This document shows positions 8,786-17,347 of a stretch of DNA of 46,953 nt, piece after piece. The notes beneath the pieces were generated by a model, which saw only the letters and a list, made by a program, of their open reading frames with translations, was not told the DNA's origin and did no database searches. Made by a program: the position numbers and the translations under genes. This DNA comes from a virus (lineage: Duplodnaviria; Caudoviricetes), in the IMG/VR virus record IMGVR_UViG_3300004093_000005, positions 1-46,953 of that record. One strand, given 5' to 3'. How positions within the stretch are numbered: the first letter of the stretch is position 1; every line of letters starts with the position of its first letter.

Positions 8786-9030
8786 CACGCGGCTTCCTGA
8801 TCGATCAGCCCGGCGAGGGCGCGGGCGTCGTCGGCGTGCTCGAGGATCTCGGCGGCGGTGAAGCCGGCGCGGGCGAGATCGTCCGCCGTGCAGCCGCCGG
8901 ACTGCAGGCTCGTCTCGTACATGACGCGCGCCATGGCCGCGACGCGGGCATTCATCGCCGCCTTGTGCAGCGCGCGGTCCTGCGCCGGCGCATCATGGAT
9001 GGGCGTAAGGGAAGCGGTGGGTGCGAGCAT
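8785..9030 (-). CDS. Hypothetical protein, first gene of the PL operon
   Basis: 81 aa with GGAGGG RBS, immediately downstream of PL. Confidence 0.65.
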   Translation of the reverse strand: MLAPTASLTPIHDAPAQDRALHKAAMNARVAAMARVMYETSLQSGGCTADDLARAGFTAAEILEHADDARALAGLIDQEAA

Positions 9031-9058
9031 GATGCCCTCCATCGGGGTTGATGGAGGG

Positions 9059-9087
9059 ACGATATGGGCTGCGGCCTATACTGTCAA
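9059..9087 (-). promoter_or_regulatory. PL-like early promoter with operator in the spacer
   Basis: TTGACA-17 bp (GTATAGGCCGCAGCCCA)-TATCGT on the minus strand. Confidence 0.75.
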
Positions 9088-9127
9088 GCTATCAGCCTAC
9101 AGAATGTGGGCTGCTGCGATCTGCGAC

Positions 9128-9892
9128 CTACAGCATGCCCAGATCGCGGTAGACGCCGATGACGAGGTGAGTGATCTCGACCTCGTCGCCGTCCTCGGCG
9201 TGGTTCACCGTCCAGACGACCTCCTGAAAGCGCGGGTCCTCGCTGTCGGGGCGCAGCTCCGCGCCGCCGGCCGGCAAATAATGCACGCGCTTAACGGTAT
9301 ATTCATAGGTGCTGCCGCGCCGCCGCACCACGACGACGGGTGAGCCTTCCGGCGGCGTATAGCCCAACTCTATAATGGAGACGCCTATAATATACTCGCC
9401 GTTCTTGGCGATACGGTTCATGCTCGGCCCGAGGACGCGCCAAGCAACTTGCCTCATTCCGGTGTATTTTGGATTCGGAATGTAAGGAACATAGGTCTCA
9501 TCTTCGACAGTTAACATTTCAGGCTCTTGCCACATCCCAGCTTGGATGTAGCCTACGACCGGCACGGCCTTGTGCACAACCTGTTTCAATGTCGAGGGCT
9601 CGGGTCGTTCGCCGGGCTCGCCCTCGGTGAAGATGTCCATCGAGACGTTGAGGACGGCGGCCACCTTGGCCATGGAATCAAAGGACGGCTGCTTGGGCTT
9701 GTGGCCTGGCGTCTGGCGCAGCCACTCGCTCACCGCTGTTTCGTTGAGGCCGGCGGCGAGCGACGCCTTGCGATAGCTCAGCCCACGCTCCGCGAGCGCG
9801 CGGCGCAATATGTCGCGCCAGTCAGCGCGCAGGCGATTGTAGGGAGCACTTGGCACATGCGGGACCATGCCCGCCTCGCGCTTCTCAGACAT
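9128..9892 (-). CDS. CI-like repressor (XRE HTH + S24 peptidase)
   Basis: HTH (LSYRKASLAAGLNETAVSEWL), VPVVGYIQAG cleavage region, GPSM serine and TVKR lysine. Confidence 0.92.
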   Translation of the reverse strand: MSEKREAGMVPHVPSAPYNRLRADWRDILRRALAERGLSYRKASLAAGLNETAVSEWLRQTPGHKPKQPSFDSMAKVAAVLNVSMDIFTEGEPGERPEPSTLKQVVHKAVPVVGYIQAGMWQEPEMLTVEDETYVPYIPNPKYTGMRQVAWRVLGPSMNRIAKNGEYIIGVSIIELGYTPPEGSPVVVVRRRGSTYEYTVKRVHYLPAGGAELRPDSEDPRFQEVVWTVNHAEDGDEVEITHLVIGVYRDLGML

Positions 9893-9907
9893 TGCGGCTG
9901 TAGCCTA

Positions 9908-9936
9908 TTGACAGTGTAGGCCGTAGCCCACATTCT
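9908..9936 (+). promoter_or_regulatory. PR-like early promoter with operator in the spacer
   Basis: TTGACA-17 bp (GTGTAGGCCGTAGCCCA)-CATTCT; spacer nearly identical to PL. Confidence 0.75.
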
Positions 9937-9942
9937 AGGGCC

Positions 9943-10257
9943 ATGACAGCCCGGGAAGACCTCCTCGCGGAGATCGATTCATTTCTGTCCTCGACCGGCA
10001 TGAGTGAGTCGTACTTCGGCCAAATCGCTGTAGGGAACAGCAAGCTGCTCCGTCGGCTGCGGGATGGGCGATCCATCCGCATCGAGACGGCGGACCGCGT
10101 GCGGGAGTTCATTCGTGAGCGCATGGCGCGGGAAGCTGTGCCGTGCGTTGTGGATCCCTGTCAATCTCATCGACGGTCCTCCCGTGCCCCTGACCTGGGC
10201 ACACCTGCCGGGGCGGAGCGCGCCTCTGCCCCGGCCCTTTCGGGGGAGGGCGTGTGA
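9943..10257 (+). CDS. Cro-like HTH regulator
   Basis: GMSESYFGQIAVGNSKLLRRLRDGRS..ETADRV; divergent from CI. Confidence 0.8.
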   Translation: MTAREDLLAEIDSFLSSTGMSESYFGQIAVGNSKLLRRLRDGRSIRIETADRVREFIRERMAREAVPCVVDPCQSHRRSSRAPDLGTPAGAERASAPALSGEGV

Positions 10258-10456
10258 TGCCCGTTCATCGCCTCGACCACGGACTCGGCCAAGGCGTAGC
10301 GCCGGAGGGCGCCGCGCAGGCGCTCGCGCGCCGCTTCGATGCGCCTTTGCCTGTCGGTCTTGTGCTGCTGCATCTGCGTGGCCCCCCGTGATCTGACCGC
10401 CTGACTGTCCCACCACCGCGCCGTTTTCGGAACGAAAAAGCGATGGAGCTTTTTTC

Positions 10457-10942
10457 GTGAGCGATATCCTTTTGCCCGACGGGCTCATCACCCTCATCAA
10501 GAGCGCGATCCGCGCGCAGGTTGCTGCCTGCGCGGTGCCGGGCAGCACGGGGCCCGAGCGTGTCGAGCAGCTCACCGGCTATTCGCGCGGCACCATCAGC
10601 CGCTGGCAGGGCGACGCCTACAAGGACCTGCCGCCGCTCGACGTCATCTTCCAGCTCGAATTCGTCACCCAAAAGCCCATCGTCTCGCGGGCGCTCGCCT
10701 CGCTCACCAGCCACCGGCTGGTGCCGCTGGCGGACGACGCCGGTGCGACCGACCTGGTGGGCGACCTCGTGAAGACGACGAGCACCGGGGCCAGGGTGTC
10801 GAGCGAGCTCGGCTCGGCGCTCGCCGACGGGGTGGTGACGCCGCGCGAGGCGAAGGCGGTGAAAGCCGCCATCGGCGAGCATCTCGACGCCCTCACCAGC
10901 GTGCAGCGCAAGCTCGCCGGCCTCCCCGGCAAGGGCGAGTGA
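10457..10942 (+). CDS. Phage regulatory CII-like protein
   Basis: HTH (TGYSRGTISRWQ), PPLDVIFQLE, C-terminal ALADGVVTPRE motif; position after cro. Confidence 0.7.
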   Translation: MSDILLPDGLITLIKSAIRAQVAACAVPGSTGPERVEQLTGYSRGTISRWQGDAYKDLPPLDVIFQLEFVTQKPIVSRALASLTSHRLVPLADDAGATDLVGDLVKTTSTGARVSSELGSALADGVVTPREAKAVKAAIGEHLDALTSVQRKLAGLPGKGE

Positions 10943-10943
10943 C

Positions 10944-11141
10944 ATGCGCCGGCGCTTCACCGTCCACCACCTGCGCCACCCGCGCCGCGGGCGCATCGCC
11001 CGGCGCATGGCGGCTGCCGGCTGGCCGGCGCATGCGATTTGCCGTGCGCTCGGCATGCGGGCGGAGCGGCTGGCGGCGGTGCTGGCGGGGGCGGGCCTGT
11101 GGAGCGCGGAAGAGCGCGCCATGTTCCGGAGGGCGGCGTGA
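10944..11141 (+). CDS. Small putative HTH protein
   Basis: 65 aa, GWPAHAICRALGM; stop overlaps the primase ATG. Confidence 0.5.
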   Translation: MRRRFTVHHLRHPRRGRIARRMAAAGWPAHAICRALGMRAERLAAVLAGAGLWSAEERAMFRRAA

Positions 11142-12343
11142 TGGCGCGGCTTTCCGACGCTTCCCTCGACGATCTGCGCGCCCGCCGGCCGGTGGCCGAT
11201 GTGGCCGGCCGGTGGGTGAGCCTGCGCCGCTCGGGCGGCAAGCTCATCGGGCCGTGCCCGATCTGCTCGGACGACCGGCAGAGCCGGACGGCCGGGCGCT
11301 TCGAGGTGGATGGCGAGCGCTGGGTGTGCGCCGTGTGCTGCGACGGCGGCGACGTCATCCGCCTCGTGGAGAAGGTGCAGGGGCTCGACTTCCGCGCCGC
11401 CGTCGCGTGGCTGGGCGGGGCCGAGGTGCTGGACCCCGAGGAGGAGCGGCGCCGGCAGGAGGAGCGGGAGCGCAAGCGCGCACGGCGCGAGCGCACGGCG
11501 GCCATCTTCCGCGAAAAGGAGCGCGAGCGGCTGTTCCGCCTGTGGCAGGGCGCCACGCCGATCCGCGGCACGGCGGCCGAGGACTACCTGCGCCTGCGCG
11601 GGCTTGAGCCGCCGCCGGAAGGGCGCCTGCGCGCCGCGCGGGAGATGCCCTATTTCCACGGCGAGGAGCCGGACCCGCGCCGGCCGGGCAAGATGCGCCA
11701 GCGCGTGATCTACACGGGGCCGGCCATGCTCGCCGGCATCATCGGGCCCGACTGGCGCTTCGCCGGGCTGCACATCACCTGGGTGGACCCGTCGCGGCCG
11801 AAGGGCAAGGCGCTCATCGTCGACCCCGAGACGGGCGAGGTGCTGCCCGTGAAGAAGGTGCGCGGCTCCAAACGGGGCGGGCACATCCACCTTGCCGGGC
11901 CCTTCGGGCCGGAGGCGCGGCCGACGCGCATCATCCGCGGGGAGGGCATCGAGACGGTGCTCTCGGTGCGCAAGGCGCTCGTGGCGCAGGGGGCGGACCT
12001 CGGCGCGACGGTGTTCCAGTCCTCGGTCGACCTCGGCAACCTCGGCGGCCTGCATGCCGGGACGGTGCCGCACCCGACCCTGACACAGGTGGACCGCGCC
12101 GGGCGGGCGCGACCCGTTCTCGTTCCCGGCCCGGTGCCGGACATGAGCCAGCCGGGCATTCCCGTGCACGACAGCGTGAGCGACCTGGTGCAGCTCGGCG
12201 ACGGCGATTCCGAGCGCTTCCTCACCGAATGCGCCCTCAAGCGCGGCGCCGCCCGCTATGCGCGCGAGGGCCGGACCATCCGCAACGCCTGGGCGCCGGC
12301 CGGGGCGGATTTCAACGATCTTCTCGAAGGGGTGGCGGGATGA
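11141..12343 (+). CDS. DNA primase-like protein (CHC2-type zinc finger + TOPRIM-like domain)
   Basis: GPCPIC...WVCAVCCDGGDVI, YLRLRGL, GEGIETVLS, DGD, GADFND. Confidence 0.85.
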   Translation: MARLSDASLDDLRARRPVADVAGRWVSLRRSGGKLIGPCPICSDDRQSRTAGRFEVDGERWVCAVCCDGGDVIRLVEKVQGLDFRAAVAWLGGAEVLDPEEERRRQEERERKRARRERTAAIFREKERERLFRLWQGATPIRGTAAEDYLRLRGLEPPPEGRLRAAREMPYFHGEEPDPRRPGKMRQRVIYTGPAMLAGIIGPDWRFAGLHITWVDPSRPKGKALIVDPETGEVLPVKKVRGSKRGGHIHLAGPFGPEARPTRIIRGEGIETVLSVRKALVAQGADLGATVFQSSVDLGNLGGLHAGTVPHPTLTQVDRAGRARPVLVPGPVPDMSQPGIPVHDSVSDLVQLGDGDSERFLTECALKRGAARYAREGRTIRNAWAPAGADFNDLLEGVAG

Positions 12344-13593
12344 CGGTGACGATCCTTCTCGGCGACGTGCTCGCCCGACTGCGCGAGTTGCCGGACGACC
12401 ACTTCGACTGCGTCGTGACGAGCCCGCCCTATTGGGGACTGCGCGACTATGGCGTGGCAGGGCAAATCGGCCTCGAGCCGACGCTCGGCGAGCACCTGGC
12501 CGTTATGGTCGACGTGTTCCGCGAGGTCCGGCGGGTGATGAAGCCCACGGGCACGCTGTGGCTCAACTACGGCGACTGCTACGCCACGACGCCGAACGGC
12601 CGCAGCGCGGCCGACACGAAAGCGGCCGGCAGCGACGACCGGACGTTTCGGGACAAGCCGTTCTCGACGGTCGGCGGGGCGTTGAAGGCGAAGGACCTTT
12701 GCATGGTCCCGAACCGGCTCGCCATTGCGCTGCAGGAAGACGGCTGGTGGGTTCGTTCCGAGATCATCTGGGGCAAGCCCAATGCGATGCCCGATTCCTC
12801 CGGCCGCTTCCGCCCGGCGACGGCGCACGAGAAGTGGTTCCTGCTCACCAAGTCCGACGAGGTGAATTTCTGGACCGCGCGCGACACGGGCGAGATTTCG
12901 TCCGCGCCGGACCTCGCCGAGCAGTGCCTCATGGTGACGACCGGCAAGCCGGGGCCCCGGTGGATCGGGCTCGGGCATTTCTACAATGCCGAGGCGGTGC
13001 GCGAGGGCCGCTCCTCGTCCGGTGGTTACAAAGCGCCGGATGGGTGGGCGACGACTGGTGCCCACGACGCCATCTCGCATTCGCGTCGTAACCGGCCGCG
13101 GGGGCGCGACACATACGGCCGGCACACCCTCGCAGAATCGGTTCCCGCCAGCGAAAGGCGAGACAAGCAACGCGGCCACTCCCGCCGTCACGCGGGATTC
13201 AACGAGCGCTGGGACGACATGCCCCGCGAGGAGCAGCGGGGGAATGGCCGTCTGCTGCGGAATTACGAGCCGGCTCCGTTGCCCGTGTGGGAAGTGGCGA
13301 CTGCAGCCTTCCGCGATGCGCATTTCGCGACTTTTCCGCCCGAGCTCGTCGAGCGCTGCCTGCGTGCCGGATGCCCGGCCGACGGCAGGGTGCTCGATCC
13401 CTTCGGCGGGGCAGGCACGACGGGGCTCGTCGCTGATGCCCTCGGGCTCGACTGCACGCTGATCGAGCTCAATCCCGAATACGCCGAGATCGCCCGGAAG
13501 CGGCTCGACGTCGGCATCGTGCGGCGCGCCGTCGTCGTGCCCGAACACGCGCCGGCATCCGCCGAAACCCTTTCCCTCTTTGCTGCGGAGTGA
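12340..13593 (+). CDS. N4/N6 DNA methyltransferase (beta class)
   Basis: VVTSPPYWGLRDY catalytic motif, HFATFP, VLDPFGGAGTTG SAM motif. Confidence 0.93.
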   Translation: MTVTILLGDVLARLRELPDDHFDCVVTSPPYWGLRDYGVAGQIGLEPTLGEHLAVMVDVFREVRRVMKPTGTLWLNYGDCYATTPNGRSAADTKAAGSDDRTFRDKPFSTVGGALKAKDLCMVPNRLAIALQEDGWWVRSEIIWGKPNAMPDSSGRFRPATAHEKWFLLTKSDEVNFWTARDTGEISSAPDLAEQCLMVTTGKPGPRWIGLGHFYNAEAVREGRSSSGGYKAPDGWATTGAHDAISHSRRNRPRGRDTYGRHTLAESVPASERRDKQRGHSRRHAGFNERWDDMPREEQRGNGRLLRNYEPAPLPVWEVATAAFRDAHFATFPPELVERCLRAGCPADGRVLDPFGGAGTTGLVADALGLDCTLIELNPEYAEIARKRLDVGIVRRAVVVPEHAPASAETLSLFAAE

Positions 13594-13596
13594 CCC

Positions 13597-14074
13597 ATGG
13601 CACAGCTTGCCCAGGAAACCCGCGACGCCATCGTCGCCGCCTATGGACGTGAATCGGCCCGCACGGTCGGCGAGCGCTATGGCCTCAGCCGCAATGCCGT
13701 GATCGGCCTTTGGCACCGCCATGTGCCAGCCGAACTGCGCGGCACCGCCACACGCTTCAACGCCGAGCCCCGGCGGGCGCCGCGCGCCGCGCGAGCGGCC
13801 GTTGTCCGGCCGGAGCCTCGGCCCGCGCCGGAGCCGGTGACTGTCGAGCCCATCGTGGACAGGCGCGGCAGCGCGCCTGTGGCCTTGACGCCCAAGCCCG
13901 TGCCCAGTTCCTTGCCGGTGCCGGTCGACGAGCCGGCGCCGGCCGGGCGTCTTTTCCGACGGATGCTCGCCCTATTGCGCCGAGCACACGCGCCTCAGCT
14001 ATGCGCCGGCGCCGGTGAGGGAGAAGCGGAAGGACGGCCCCCGGCCGCAGCATGTTGCATGGGGGTGGGTGTGA
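13597..14074 (+). pseudogene. GcrA-like regulator, frameshifted
   Basis: N-terminal SAR.VG...GLSRNAVIG..HR HTH in one frame; the C-terminal SPYCAEHTRLSY motif is in the +1 frame and ends TGA at 14074, overlapping the next ATG. Confidence 0.7.
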
Positions 14075-14781
14075 TGGCGGCTGCCATTCGCGTCCTTGTC
14101 GCCTGCGAAACGTCGGGCGTTGTCCGGCGCGCCTTCGCCGCGCGCGGTCACGATGCCTGGTCGTGCGATGTCCTGCCGGCCGAGGACGGCAGCAACCGGC
14201 ACATCGTCGGCGACGTGCGCGACCACCTCGACGACGGCTGGGACCTGCTCATGGTCGCGCACCCGCCGTGCACGCGGCTGTGCCGGTCCGGCCGGCGGTG
14301 GATGTCCGGGCCGGGGAAGTGGACGCCGCCCAAGAAGCTGCCGAAGGGGCGTAGTTGGGAGGATATGCGGGCCGAGTTCGAGGACGGCGTCTCGCTGTTC
14401 TGCGATTGCTGGCGCGCGCCCATCGACCGTGTCGCCATCGAAAACCCGGAGATGAACGACCTCGCGCGCGAGCGGATGCCGGCGGACCTGCCGCGCCCCC
14501 AGATGGTGCAGCCGTGGTGGTTCGGCGAGCCCTTCTTCAAGGCAACGGGGCTCTATCTGCGCGGCCTGCGCCCGCTTGAGCCGACCCGCCGGCTGGTGCC
14601 GCCGAAGGCCGGGACGCTGGAGCACAAGGCGTGGTCGAAGATCCACCGCATGCCGCCTGGCCCCGAGCGCTGGCGCGAGCGCAGCCGGACCTTTCAGGGC
14701 GTCGCCGATGCCATGGCGGACCAATGGGGCGGGTGGGCGGAAGGGCCGACCGCGCCGTCGCAACTGGCCCTGTTCGGCTGA
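14074..14781 (+). CDS. C5-cytosine methyltransferase-like protein (phage type)
   Basis: VLVACE.SG..RRAF..GHDAWSCD, AHPPC (motif IV-like), IENP (motif VI-like), QPWWFG, RSRTF.G.A.AMADQW. Confidence 0.75.
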   Translation: MAAAIRVLVACETSGVVRRAFAARGHDAWSCDVLPAEDGSNRHIVGDVRDHLDDGWDLLMVAHPPCTRLCRSGRRWMSGPGKWTPPKKLPKGRSWEDMRAEFEDGVSLFCDCWRAPIDRVAIENPEMNDLARERMPADLPRPQMVQPWWFGEPFFKATGLYLRGLRPLEPTRRLVPPKAGTLEHKAWSKIHRMPPGPERWRERSRTFQGVADAMADQWGGWAEGPTAPSQLALFG

Positions 14782-14801
14782 TGGGGAACGCGATGGACCG
14801 A

Positions 14802-15191
14802 TCACTCCACCAGCACGTCGAGCGGGACGCCGAGGGCCTTGGCGAGGGCGCGCAGCGTCTCGGGCGTGCCGGACTTCCGGCCGCCCTCGAGCTCGGCGAT
14901 GTAGCCCTGGGACACGCCGACGGCCTCAGCGAGCGCGGCCTGGGTGAGGCCGCGGTGCTTGCGCAGGACGCGCACCGCGTTCTCGCCGGCCTCGATTGCG
15001 TCCCAGACCGCACCCGGCAGGGCGACATCATCGCCGCGAGCGATAGCCTCGCCCGTCTCGGCGACGATGCGGGCGGTCATCGCGTCCTCGGCAGCCTCCT
15101 CGCCGGCGCGGGCGCACAGCGCCTCGTAATCACGGCGGGAGAGGACCACGAGGTCCTCGCCGTCGGTGTGGATGATCTGCGGCTTGCCCAT
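14802..15191 (-). CDS. HigA-like XRE antitoxin
   Basis: C-terminal HTH RGLTQAALAEAVGVSQGYIAELEGG; downstream of the toxin. Confidence 0.85.
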   Translation of the reverse strand: MGKPQIIHTDGEDLVVLSRRDYEALCARAGEEAAEDAMTARIVAETGEAIARGDDVALPGAVWDAIEAGENAVRVLRKHRGLTQAALAEAVGVSQGYIAELEGGRKSGTPETLRALAKALGVPLDVLVE

Positions 15192-15203
15192 GGCGGCCTC
15201 CTT

Positions 15204-15446
15204 TCAGCGGTAGATTTCTCGCCGGTGCCCGATGGCGTGGACGTCAACGGCGGCTTCGGTTTCGATGAAGATCACCCGGTAATCGCCAACCCGCAAGCGG
15301 GCGCCCGGCTGGCCCGACAGGGCCTTGATGTCGCCGGCGCCGGTCTCGGCATAGCGGGCGAGCTTGGCCTCGACCTGCTGGCGGACATCGCCCGGAAGCT
15401 TCCGGAGGGAGCGGCGGGCGGCGAGGGTGTAGGTGACCGTCTTCAT
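15204..15446 (-). CDS. RelE/ParE-superfamily toxin (HigB-like)
   Basis: DIKALSG...RLRVGDYRVIF...AIGHRREIY. Confidence 0.9.
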   Translation of the reverse strand: MKTVTYTLAARRSLRKLPGDVRQQVEAKLARYAETGAGDIKALSGQPGARLRVGDYRVIFIETEAAVDVHAIGHRREIYR

Positions 15447-15452
15447 GGCTCT

Positions 15453-15481
15453 TTTATAGCCGATAGCAATATCGCTGTAAA
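15453..15481 (-). promoter_or_regulatory. TA operon promoter with palindromic operator
   Basis: TTTACA-17 bp-TATAAA; CGATA-N4-TATCG palindrome (15461-15474) in the spacer. Confidence 0.7.
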
Positions 15482-15517
15482 TAGCTATCAGCAATATTTT
15501 GGCGGGTTGGTGGCGGC

Positions 15518-17281
15518 ATGACGGACGATCCCCTGCGCACGATCGCCGAGATCGTCGAGAATGCCGAGCCCGTGGACGTGGCGCCGGCCGGCGACGGTGG
15601 CGGCCCTCTCACACCCGATGGCGGCGATGGCGGCCATGGGCCCGGGGAGCCGCCGGCGGACGGGGGCGAGCCCGTCGATTGGGACATGGTGCGCCGCTGC
15701 GCCGCCGAGCCGGAAACCGACATCGGCAATGCCCGTCGATTCCTCCACCGCTGCCGGAATGACGTCATCTCCGTCATGCGCATCGGCTTCCACGTCTTCG
15801 ACGGCCGTCGCTGGGCGGAGGACGTCGAGGGCTCCAGCATTCGCCCGCTGGCGCACAAGACGGTGGAGCAGATCCGCCTCGAGGCGTCGCTCGTGGAGCC
15901 GACGCAGGAGGAGCGGGCGGCCGTGGCGGCGGCGGAGGAGGCCTTTCCCCGCTTTCGGGAGCTGAAGAAGCTCGGGCGCAAGCGCTCGCCGGAAGACGAG
16001 CTGGAGCTGTTGCGCCTCGGCGAGGTGGTCGGCATCGGCGCGGAGGCGGCCAAGGCCATTTCCGAGCGGCGGGCCAAGCGCGTGCGCTACGGCAAGACCT
16101 CAGCTTCCTCGGGCAAGATCGACAACATGTTGCGGGAGGCGGCCGTCTATGTGGCGAAATCGGTCTCCGACCTCGATGCCGACCCGCTCGCCATCAACTG
16201 CGACAACGGCACCGTGCGGCTCGTCAAAGAGGGCGAGGGCAAGAAGGCCATCTGGACCGTGCGGCTCGACCCGCACCGGCGCGAGGACCTCATCTCGAAG
16301 CTTATCCCGGTGGCCTATGACGAGGCGGCGGAGTGCCCGAACTTCCTGCGCTTTATCGAGACCGTACTGCCGGACGACGAGGTGCGCGCGTTCATGCAGC
16401 GCTATCTCGGCTATGCGCTGACCGCGCTCACCGGTGAGCAGGTCTTCGTCTTTCTCTACGGGCAGGGGCGCAACGGCAAGTCGACCCTCGTCGACCTGAT
16501 CTGCCGGCTTCTCGCCGACTATGCCGCAACGGTGCCCTTCGAGACTCTGGCCGGCGAGGACCGGCGCAAGGGATCGGAGGCAACGCCCGAGCTCGCCCGC
16601 CTGCCGGGCACGCGCCTGGTGCGCGCCAGCGAGCCCGAGCAGTCCATGCAGTTCCGAGAGGCCATGGTCAAATCGCTCACTTCGGGCGAGCCCATCCTCG
16701 TGCGGCACCTGCACCGGGATTTCGTCGAGGTCTATCCCACCTTCAAGCTCATCGTCTCCGGCAACCATAAGCCGACCATCAAGGGCACGGACGACGGCAT
16801 CTGGCGGCGCGTGCTGCTGGTGCCCTTCCTCGTGCAGATCCCGAAGGAGGAGATCGACCGCGCCTTGCCGGACAAGCTGTGGGAGGAGCGCGCCGGCATC
16901 CTCAACTGGCTCGTGGCGGGGGCGCTGTCCTACCTGCAGGAGGGGCTGCGCATTCCCGAGGCCGTGCGGGCGGCGACAGACGAATATCGCGAGGAATCGG
17001 ACCCGGTGAGCGCCTGGGTGCGGGAAGCCTGCATCGTCACCGGCGACGACACCGACATGCTGACGCCGGGCGAGGCGCACGCCTCCTTCAAGGTGTTCTG
17101 CGAGCGGGCGGGCTTCAACGCGTGGGGGCCCACGACCTTCAACCGCAACCTGCCGCTGAAGGCGGCGGCCTTCGGCTTCCGCAAGGCGAAGTCGATGGGC
17201 ATGAGCCTCTATCGCGGCTTGCGCATCAAGGACGACTTCCGGCCGCCCTCGCACACCCATGGTGGCGACGGCGACGGCTGA
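15518..17281 (+). CDS. P4/D5-family primase-associated SF3 helicase
   Basis: D5 N-terminal region (TDIGNARRF, INCDNG), Walker A YGQGRNGKST, SGNHKP.I...DDGIWRR. Confidence 0.92.
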   Translation: MTDDPLRTIAEIVENAEPVDVAPAGDGGGPLTPDGGDGGHGPGEPPADGGEPVDWDMVRRCAAEPETDIGNARRFLHRCRNDVISVMRIGFHVFDGRRWAEDVEGSSIRPLAHKTVEQIRLEASLVEPTQEERAAVAAAEEAFPRFRELKKLGRKRSPEDELELLRLGEVVGIGAEAAKAISERRAKRVRYGKTSASSGKIDNMLREAAVYVAKSVSDLDADPLAINCDNGTVRLVKEGEGKKAIWTVRLDPHRREDLISKLIPVAYDEAAECPNFLRFIETVLPDDEVRAFMQRYLGYALTALTGEQVFVFLYGQGRNGKSTLVDLICRLLADYAATVPFETLAGEDRRKGSEATPELARLPGTRLVRASEPEQSMQFREAMVKSLTSGEPILVRHLHRDFVEVYPTFKLIVSGNHKPTIKGTDDGIWRRVLLVPFLVQIPKEEIDRALPDKLWEERAGILNWLVAGALSYLQEGLRIPEAVRAATDEYREESDPVSAWVREACIVTGDDTDMLTPGEAHASFKVFCERAGFNAWGPTTFNRNLPLKAAAFGFRKAKSMGMSLYRGLRIKDDFRPPSHTHGGDGDG

Positions 17282-17347
17282 ACCGCGACTGCGACGGAGC
17301 CCGTTTCTTAAAAATTGATCATTTTTTCTTTGGAGGGCGGGCGAGCG

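Noticed and set aside
12340-14781. Restriction-modification system
   Set aside because: No cognate endonuclease next to the MTases; these are orphan phage methylases
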